A stretch of DNA of 64,000 nt from NCBI GenBank assembly GCA_018221105.1, contig JAAOYA010000010.1, positions 145,678 through 209,677 on the forward strand. The letters are read 5' to 3'. The notes below the pieces were generated by a model. The model searched no databases, was not told the origin of the DNA, and saw only the letters and a list, made by a program, of their open reading frames with translations. Below, in pieces: positions 57,493-64,000 of this stretch. The position numbers were made by a program, and so were the translations under genes. Within the stretch, counting starts at the first letter, position 1; each line of letters starts with the position of its first letter. The stretch comes from Candidatus Woesearchaeota archaeon (lineage in GTDB: Archaea; Nanobdellota; Nanobdellia; Woesearchaeales; JAAOYA01).

Positions 57493-58722
57493 TTGCGTGA
57501 TAACAAAGCTTTTTATGTGGTTAAAAAAAACTTATTATATATGTTTTTAGCAAAGAGTTATTATAGCAGGACAAAATCCACACAACTAGCAATTATTGCT
57601 TTGCTGACAACTTTAGGTGTTGGAGCTATTGATTCTATATGGAGTGTGTACATTAATAACTTATTAAATGATAATGTGGCACTTGTGGGACTTATAACAG
57701 GACTTTTTACTTTTGGCGCTATGCTAATTTTGCTTTTTGATGCTCCACTATTAGAGTTTTATCATGAGAGAAAGTTGTATGTTATCAGCACCATAGTATT
57801 AATTATTGGTTACACATCCTTTTTTTTTATTAAGTCTCTAGGATTGTTTTTAGTAGCGGCTTTTGTTTCAATGACAGCTTTGACTTTAAGAAGACAAAAT
57901 TATGGCATTCTAGTTCGCGAAAACAATAGAGCTAAAAACATGGGCGAGGCTGAAGGATTACAGTATACTTTGATGAATGTTGGATGGCTTATCGGTCCAT
58001 TAATTGGTGGTTTTGTTGCCGCACAACTTGGGTACAATTATGTTTTTTTGTTCGCGACTGTTTTTTTGATTATCAGCTTTTTTTTGTTTGAAGTTACAAA
58101 AATCAAAGAGTGCAATCATTGTAACATTGAACGTTTTACAATAAAACAAGGCTTTTCAAACCTAAGTTCTTATTTTAAAAAAAAGGATTTGGTAAGAAAT
58201 TATTTTGTTAGTGGTGGCATTTCAATGTATTGGGGAATACTTTACATTTATGTTCCACTGCTTATAATAAAAGAAGGTCTTGCTAGTTATTGGATTGGAA
58301 TAGCACTTTTCAGTATTTGCGTGCCACTAGTGCTTTTAGAATATGTTATTGGTATAAAATCAGATAGCATAGGTTTTAGAAAATTACTGGTTTATGGTTA
58401 TGCAATAATGGCATTGTTTGCTTTTTTGGCTTTTAGCACAAAAAACATTTATTTTAGCATTTTATACTTGGCGCTTGGCAGTATTGGAGCTGCGTGTGTT
58501 GAAGGTACTAGAGAAGCGCATTTTTTTAAACTAATTAAAAAATATGAGAGCGAAAAATATTATGGTCCTTATAATACTCACCGCCAAGGATTCTCAACTA
58601 TTGGAAAAATAACAACAGCTGGTGTTGTAGTATTGTTTCCTCTGAATTATTTCTTTTTGTATATGTCGATTGCAATGTTATTTTTTGCTTTTATGGCAAC
58701 AACTATCAAAAAGTCTCAGTAG
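57493..58722 (+). CDS. MFS transporter
   Basis: 12 TM helices; the start may be the internal Met. Confidence 0.65.
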   Translation: MRDNKAFYVVKKNLLYMFLAKSYYSRTKSTQLAIIALLTTLGVGAIDSIWSVYINNLLNDNVALVGLITGLFTFGAMLILLFDAPLLEFYHERKLYVISTIVLIIGYTSFFFIKSLGLFLVAAFVSMTALTLRRQNYGILVRENNRAKNMGEAEGLQYTLMNVGWLIGPLIGGFVAAQLGYNYVFLFATVFLIISFFLFEVTKIKECNHCNIERFTIKQGFSNLSSYFKKKDLVRNYFVSGGISMYWGILYIYVPLLIIKEGLASYWIGIALFSICVPLVLLEYVIGIKSDSIGFRKLLVYGYAIMALFAFLAFSTKNIYFSILYLALGSIGAACVEGTREAHFFKLIKKYESEKYYGPYNTHRQGFSTIGKITTAGVVVLFPLNYFFLYMSIAMLFFAFMATTIKKSQ

Positions 58723-58725
58723 AAA

Positions 58726-60291
58726 TTACATTTTGTTTAACTTGTTGGTTAATTCTTCTATTTCTTTAGCTCGCTCTTGAATGCTTTTTGGTTTTTTAGG
58801 AGCGTATTTTACTATTAATAATATTATAACACCTAAAAGTCCTGAAATCATGATGATTATAACAAATAATTTTAGTATTTTTGAAAAAAGCGATTTTTCT
58901 CCTTCTTGCACATTGCTTGTTTGTTCTACTTGTGGAGCGTTTAATACTGTTATATTTTGACATTCTGTAAATGTAGCGTCTTGAAAGTATAGGTCTGCGC
59001 AAACTTCTTGTTCGTTGCCGCCAGCGTTTATGTATAAGTCTATTGTTTGACTTTGTGCTGGAACAATTTTGATTATTCTTTTTTGTTCTTTTAAGTATAA
59101 TATTATATCTTGCTTTGGTAGGTCAGCTAACATTTTAATATTAAGCCCTAGTGGCTCGCCAAAATTAATTTCGTTCTCTGATACAAAAAAATCAAATGGT
59201 TTTTCTTGTACTGTTATTGTTAGTGGAATTGAATGTTGAACATTATCGTATTCTACTGTTAAATCGTATAAGTGCACTCCAAGAATTGCTCCATTAATTA
59301 GTAGGTTTGTTTGTTTTGAAATATTAGTTTTAACTTCTATTGTGCTCTCTTGCAAGCTTATTATTTGATTGTCTATTATTGATAGGCTGATTGTCAAATC
59401 TCGATCTATTAAAAAAGTTATTGGGTGCTCGATTGTTAACCCTTCAAAGGTTGTTATTGTAATCTTTGATGGCAAAACTAGTTCTTGAGAACTTGTAGTA
59501 TTACTCGTGCCACCGCCCATGCCTCCGCCGCCTCCATCACCGCCTCCGCCGTCGCCGGTGATGCAAGTAATGCTTTCTGTTGGCTTTAATATTTGCGTTC
59601 CACAATTATTGCTGTCTGTGCAGGTTCTTGTGCCGCACGTGCTTTGTGACCATGCAGTGCAGCTCCAACTTTCAACACAATAACCTTGCAGGCTGAAGTA
59701 CTGGTCTGAAGTGTTAAAATTGTTGAAGTTAACTGTGTTGTTGACAATTTGTAGGTTGTACTCGCTTGTTCTATCTACAAAATTAATGCCGTCAAACCAG
59801 TAAAGATAATATGCTGTATGATTTTCACTGCTGTTAACTACTACGCTAACATTGATAAAAGGATTTTGGGCGTGCACTGTCATATTTTTTTCAAAATAAC
59901 TACTGGTTGTTCTAATGCTTGTTATGTTTAGTGTTGGCGAGCTTACATTAAACTTTAAGAATGAAGGTGTTTTGCCATTGTCGGCGCTCCAGCTTAAGTG
60001 CGTGCTGTTTTGCGTGACTGTTACAGGGGTATTGTTCTCAATTACTTGCCAGCTAAAACCGTTGGGCCACTTTGGCGGTTTTGGTATGCTAATGTTTACA
60101 GGGTTTTGAATGTTATACACTAATGGCAATAATATTGTAATATTTGGACCTCCTACGATTACTGGCGTTGTCTGATTTGGCATTGTTTGATTAGTCCAAG
60201 CTGGAGGTATCTGCATTCCTACATTGAACGTGTCAGCGTAGACAACAGTACACATTAATACTATGATGAAAAATAGTGTTTTAAATCTCAT
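58726..60291 (-). CDS. cell-surface glycoprotein (S-layer-like; signal peptide, Gly-rich linker, C-terminal TM)
   Basis: Signal MRFKTLFFIIVLMCTVVYA; more than 20 N-x-S/T sequons; Cys cluster CTAWSQSTCGTRTCTDSNNCG; GDGGGGDGGGGGMGGG linker; C-terminal TM plus KK tail. Confidence 0.6.
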   Translation of the reverse strand: MRFKTLFFIIVLMCTVVYADTFNVGMQIPPAWTNQTMPNQTTPVIVGGPNITILLPLVYNIQNPVNISIPKPPKWPNGFSWQVIENNTPVTVTQNSTHLSWSADNGKTPSFLKFNVSSPTLNITSIRTTSSYFEKNMTVHAQNPFINVSVVVNSSENHTAYYLYWFDGINFVDRTSEYNLQIVNNTVNFNNFNTSDQYFSLQGYCVESWSCTAWSQSTCGTRTCTDSNNCGTQILKPTESITCITGDGGGGDGGGGGMGGGTSNTTSSQELVLPSKITITTFEGLTIEHPITFLIDRDLTISLSIIDNQIISLQESTIEVKTNISKQTNLLINGAILGVHLYDLTVEYDNVQHSIPLTITVQEKPFDFFVSENEINFGEPLGLNIKMLADLPKQDIILYLKEQKRIIKIVPAQSQTIDLYINAGGNEQEVCADLYFQDATFTECQNITVLNAPQVEQTSNVQEGEKSLFSKILKLFVIIIMISGLLGVIILLIVKYAPKKPKSIQERAKEIEELTNKLNKM

Positions 60292-60860
60292 TTTTTTCGA
60301 AAAAGTTTCTTTGATATTATATTACTTCTTTTCCACAATAAAAAGATTACGAAAAATAGCACTATAGTAAATGATAAATAGTAATAATTGAGTTTTTTTG
60401 GTTTTGTTCCAACACCATTTTCATCAACTATTAGCACGTCAAAAGAGCGTGTTAATCGCATGTTCATACCAATCATTCCACCGTTGTTATCTTTGGCTTG
60501 TGGTGTTATTGAATAAATTATTTTATGGGCGTCCCCAATTTGTGCGTCTTTTGGAGCCTTGATTTTTAAGAATATTTCAGTATCAAAAGATTTTGCTGGC
60601 AGGTTGTATGTTTGGTTAGGGTTTATGATTGTTGCTATTTCACTATTAATAACCAATGTGACTGTTACTGGTTCTTCTTGCGGGTTTTGTAGTGTAAGTT
60701 TTAGAACGTGCTCTTGGCCTTGTAATAATCTTAAAGTGTTATCTTTAAGATAGTCTTGTGCTACTCCTAAAGCTTGAGTTTGTGAACTAAGAAAAATTGT
60801 TAAAAAAAGAATGAAAAAAAATTTTTTCATGATCTTTAATTGTAAGCTTCCACTAACCAT
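60288..60860 (-). CDS. small secreted/anchored surface protein
   Basis: Signal peptide (MKKFFFILFLTIFLSS), beta-rich body, C-terminal TM. Confidence 0.5.
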   Translation of the reverse strand: MVSGSLQLKIMKKFFFILFLTIFLSSQTQALGVAQDYLKDNTLRLLQGQEHVLKLTLQNPQEEPVTVTLVINSEIATIINPNQTYNLPAKSFDTEIFLKIKAPKDAQIGDAHKIIYSITPQAKDNNGGMIGMNMRLTRSFDVLIVDENGVGTKPKKLNYYYLSFTIVLFFVIFLLWKRSNIISKKLFRKK

Positions 60861-61300
60861 TGTGTGCTAGCGTTTGTGCTATAAGAACCATTACTGATAC
60901 CTGCTGGCACGTCAACCCACACGTATAGGTCTTGAGTAGTATTGCGTGATAAGTTAGCACTTGGTATTATAATGTTAGCAGTTAAAGCAATACCTTTAGC
61001 ATCATCAGTAGAGTTTATTGTGAAATTTCCAGCTCCTATTGTATCAACGCCGTTTGTTAACTCATCAGCTGTAACATTAATGGTTGCAAAGTCACCATTA
61101 CCAGTATTGTTAAGTGTTTGCGGGTCATCGGACGCGTTAACATTATTAACTCCTGCGCCAGCTGCAGTGAAACTTATACTGTTAGATGTTAGCGAGAAAG
61201 CATAAAGTGTGTTGTATGTCAAATTATTACCTTCATCTTGCGTTGCATTGCTTGAAGCGTCATCAATTGCGTAAACGTCTATAGTCCATAGTCCTGACTC
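60836..61300. repeat. direct repeat copy 1 (3' coding end of paralog A)
   Basis: ~88% nucleotide identity with 61762..62230 by eye, including the first bases after the stop codon. Confidence 0.7.
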
Positions 61301-61696
61301 ATCATAATAGTTCATGTCGATGGTGCAAGTGACTCCTCTTGTTGTTCCGCCTGTCCAAGCAGCATAATCTGAACAACTGCTGCTAAATCGTGTAACGCCG
61401 TTGAGTGTTACGTTAGCTGTTGCTAGTGTTGGATCCACAGTGCCAAAACCGTTATCGTCTGTTACATTAAATAGTATTGTAACTGCTTTTGTTGTTCCCT
61501 CATTTGGTGTGTCGCTTGCTGCGCCAACAGCTTGTATTGCTGGTGGACTGTTGCTGATTGTTAGTGTAACATTGAAGTATTGTTGTGTGTTATTATATCC
61601 TAAAACAAAGCTTGATAGTGGTGTAAGTAATAGTGTTGCAGCAAGTAAGAAAATCATTAATGTTGCAATAGTTTGTGTTTTGTCTTGTCCACTCAT
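60836..61696 (-). CDS. secreted Thr/Asn-rich surface protein, paralog A
   Basis: N-terminal hydrophobic leader, many N-x-S/T sequons. C-terminal ~150 aa ~85% identical to the next gene (ends ...STNASTQWLVEAYN). Confidence 0.6.
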   Translation of the reverse strand: MSGQDKTQTIATLMIFLLAATLLLTPLSSFVLGYNNTQQYFNVTLTISNSPPAIQAVGAASDTPNEGTTKAVTILFNVTDDNGFGTVDPTLATANVTLNGVTRFSSSCSDYAAWTGGTTRGVTCTIDMNYYDESGLWTIDVYAIDDASSNATQDEGNNLTYNTLYAFSLTSNSISFTAAGAGVNNVNASDDPQTLNNTGNGDFATINVTADELTNGVDTIGAGNFTINSTDDAKGIALTANIIIPSANLSRNTTQDLYVWVDVPAGISNGSYSTNASTQWLVEAYN

Positions 61697-61761
61697 TTTA
61701 CATATTAATTATATTAATATACCTTTTACGCTACTGGTATTTAAATGTTTTGTTTTTTTAA

Positions 61762-62230
61762 TTAGTTATAAGCTTCCACTAGCCATTGTGTGCTAGCGTT
61801 TGTGCTGTAAGAACCATTACTGATACCTAATGGTATGTCTAACCAAACGTAGAAGTCTTGAGTGCTATTGCGTGTTAAGTTAGCGCTTGGTATTATAATG
61901 TTAGCAGTCAAAGCAATACCTTTAGCATCATCAGTAGCGTTTATTGTAAAGTTTCCAGCCCCTATAGTATCAACGCCGTTTGTTAACTCGTAAGCTGTAA
62001 CATTAATAGTTGCAAAGTTACCGTTGCCAGTGTTATTAATTATTTGTGGGTCATCAGACGCGTTAAGATTGGTAGCTCCTACAGTGGCCGCTGCAAAACT
62101 AATATTGTTTTGTACAAGGCTAAAAGCGTATAAAATATTGTATGTGAAACTTGTCGTATCATTATAATCTGATAGTCCTGCGTCATCACTAGCAGTTACA
62201 TTAATTGTCCAAGCGCCTGGCAAATCATAA
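61762..62230. repeat. direct repeat copy 2 (3' coding end of paralog B)
   Basis: See copy 1. Confidence 0.7.
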
Positions 62231-64000
62231 TAATACATTGCAACACTACAATTGTACCGTGTGGCTGTTGCACTGATTGTGTTATTGTCACAAATTCCAC
62301 TTCTTAAAACGCCATTCTTTGAAAACTCTGCTATAGCACTACTATGATTGAAATTGCTTTCTGTGTCTGTTACGTTAAAGTCAAAGTTCACATTCGTTAT
62401 CGAAGCATCTGTAGGATTCTGACTTGCTATTGGTTGAACCTCAGTAATACTTGGAGCAGTATTTGAAACAATAAGTATTGTTATGTTAGTGCTGTTGCCC
62501 CAACTACTATAATTATAACTATCATAAACTCTTATTGCACAACTCCACTCATCATCAACACTAGTATTGCCGCTGCCAAGAGTAGCATTAAACAATGTAC
62601 CGTTAGCATAACTGTTATTATAGTCTAATGTAAAATTCAATGTAGCATTTTTATACCATCTAACAGTCACGTTCAAAACATGACTATTATTATCGGTCAA
62701 TGTACTAACACAATTGAGGTCTTGGTTTGTTGCATTGCCACCATCCGAGCTATTGATTGTTGGCAAAGGAGTGTTAGGTATTGTATTGGGAACTGTGAAT
62801 GGGCTGTTTGTAGCATTTGGTTGCCCCACTCCATTAGCGTGGTTGATATCGCAGGTGTACGCTACCCAACTATTTTGTCCTCCCATAGTAAGATTTGCTG
62901 TTACAGTACAGGTTGCTGGCTGTCCTGAAGTTGTTTGCGATGAAGTACACCAATTACCATTACTGCAAACACCTGTTGGTGGAGGACCTTTATCACAACT
63001 AATAGTTGAGCCTCCTTTACAGATTATCATGGCGTAATCATAACCCCTAGTAGCACTTGTTGCTGTCCCGTTAAACGTGATGTTACTTCCTACTATCACA
63101 GGATCAGGTGTGTCAGTGACGTCAAAGTCAAACTCCGCAGGGTCAGCGGGTCCGTCATGGACGTAATCATAAGTTATGCTACTATTTACAGATTTTAAGT
63201 CAAAGACTGATTGGTAACCTGAGTGGTTCATATCAATAAAGTACGCGCCGTCATCACCAATACTTACTTCCCCTACTAAGGTATCTGTGTTTTCTTCGTA
63301 GACTTCGATTGTTGCTCCACTACTATTTATTACATAAACGTCAATATAGTTTTCATTTGTCAAATTCTTTTCAAAGTAGGCTCTTACGTAATCACCAGCA
63401 GGTATTGTATAGTATACACTGTCAATTTCTTTCACTTCATCATAAATGTTTGTTATAAGGCTTCTTGCACTATCTAAGTGTTCAGCATCAGTGATATTAA
63501 TCTCTACATAATATGTTTGATTTGACAAGTGCGGCACAATCCATTCAATTCTATCAATTAGTTTGTTATTGTTTGTATCAATATATGTCGCATCGTTTAC
63601 TAATTGTTTTGTGTTATTAACAAGCCAGTAAAGTTTTGCAGCTCCTTTGCGAGTTTCACGAATTGTAGTGTACACTTGTATGTTTTCATAGTGTACATCA
63701 GAGCTTATTGTTATTCGTTTTTTGTGATTGCTGATTTTTTCTTCTTTTTTGGTTGGCGCTTCTGTATAATATTCTATTTCTATTTGTTTTGTTTGCTCTC
63801 TAATTGTTGTTTGTCTTGCTTTAGTTTTTACTTTTGAGTTTTCAATTTTTTGTTTTTTGTTTGCCACTATATTATAGGCTGTTATGTTAGTGGCTTTTTT
63901 CGGAATATCCACAGTAATATCATCTACTGTGTTATCATACTCTAATGTTCTAGTCCATTTTACTGGCTTATTGATTTCAACTTTTTCTTGGATTGTTTTG
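61762..64000 (-). CDS. large secreted Thr/Asn-rich surface protein, paralog B (5' end beyond window)
   Basis: The frame stays open upstream of the listed GTG at 63912 to the window edge. Same C-terminal domain as paralog A, with a much longer N-terminal region. Confidence 0.6.
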   Translation of the reverse strand, partial: KTIQEKVEINKPVKWTRTLEYDNTVDDITVDIPKKATNITAYNIVANKKQKIENSKVKTKARQTTIREQTKQIEIEYYTEAPTKKEEKISNHKKRITISSDVHYENIQVYTTIRETRKGAAKLYWLVNNTKQLVNDATYIDTNNNKLIDRIEWIVPHLSNQTYYVEINITDAEHLDSARSLITNIYDEVKEIDSVYYTIPAGDYVRAYFEKNLTNENYIDVYVINSSGATIEVYEENTDTLVGEVSIGDDGAYFIDMNHSGYQSVFDLKSVNSSITYDYVHDGPADPAEFDFDVTDTPDPVIVGSNITFNGTATSATRGYDYAMIICKGGSTISCDKGPPPTGVCSNGNWCTSSQTTSGQPATCTVTANLTMGGQNSWVAYTCDINHANGVGQPNATNSPFTVPNTIPNTPLPTINSSDGGNATNQDLNCVSTLTDNNSHVLNVTVRWYKNATLNFTLDYNNSYANGTLFNATLGSGNTSVDDEWSCAIRVYDSYNYSSWGNSTNITILIVSNTAPSITEVQPIASQNPTDASITNVNFDFNVTDTESNFNHSSAIAEFSKNGVLRSGICDNNTISATATRYNCSVAMYYYDLPGAWTINVTASDDAGLSDYNDTTSFTYNILYAFSLVQNNISFAAATVGATNLNASDDPQIINNTGNGNFATINVTAYELTNGVDTIGAGNFTINATDDAKGIALTANIIIPSANLTRNSTQDFYVWLDIPLGISNGSYSTNASTQWLVEAYN

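Noticed and set aside
59461-59560. GC-rich GGCGGNGG-type repeat (possible CRISPR-like or G-quadruplex signal)
   Set aside because: It is the coding sequence of a poly-Gly/Asp linker (GDGGGGDGGGGGMGGG) in the surface glycoprotein; no spacer-repeat periodicity.
1-64000. CRISPR arrays, rRNA genes, transposases, integrases
   Set aside because: No regularly spaced direct repeats, no rRNA-like conserved stretches, and no DDE/tyrosine-recombinase-like ORFs were seen.

Overview
AT-rich, gene-dense archaeal chromosomal segment. Most genes are small and many neighbours overlap by 4-40 nt. The archaeal assignment rests on a conserved ribosomal/RNA-polymerase cluster on the minus strand (S13-S4-S11-RpoD-tRNALeu-L18e-L13-S9-RpoN), PCNA, CDC48, NAC, Sec61beta, a PAC2 proteasome-assembly chaperone, and RNase P RNA and SRP RNA genes with TATA boxes about 25-30 nt upstream. 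Several housekeeping genes look bacterial-type instead: a bacterial-style LeuRS, a GpmI-type phosphoglycerate mutase, a gatC-gatA-gatB operon, and a GyrA carrying a GyrA-box. Small genome-style packing together with bacterial-type genes is consistent with a reduced-genome (DPANN-like) archaeon, but this is inference from composition. Three tRNA genes are present: tRNA-His with an encoded G-1, and two intron-containing tRNA-Leu, one of which appears to carry two introns including a non-canonical one in the D-arm. Other content: deoxyhypusine synthase convergent with an agmatinase, enolase, GatD, Trp-tRNA synthetase, ScpB, a THUMP methyltransferase, a presenilin/SPP-type intramembrane protease, three MFS transporters, a RelE-type toxin-antitoxin pair, an orphan AmmeMemoRadiSam-type radical SAM enzyme, and a block of heavily N-glycosylation-sequon-rich surface proteins that includes two tandem paralogs with an ~88% identical 3' ~0.45 kb. 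No CRISPR array, rRNA, transposase or integrase was recognised. The loci that most deserve follow-up are (i) three tandem paralogous coiled-coil proteins, one fused to a long Pro/Glu/Lys-rich disordered region, (ii) a translationally coupled operon of nucleotidyltransferase, two unknown proteins, a MinD/ParA ATPase and a membrane protein, (iii) the multi-intron tRNA-Leu, and (iv) the tandem surface-glycoprotein paralogs.
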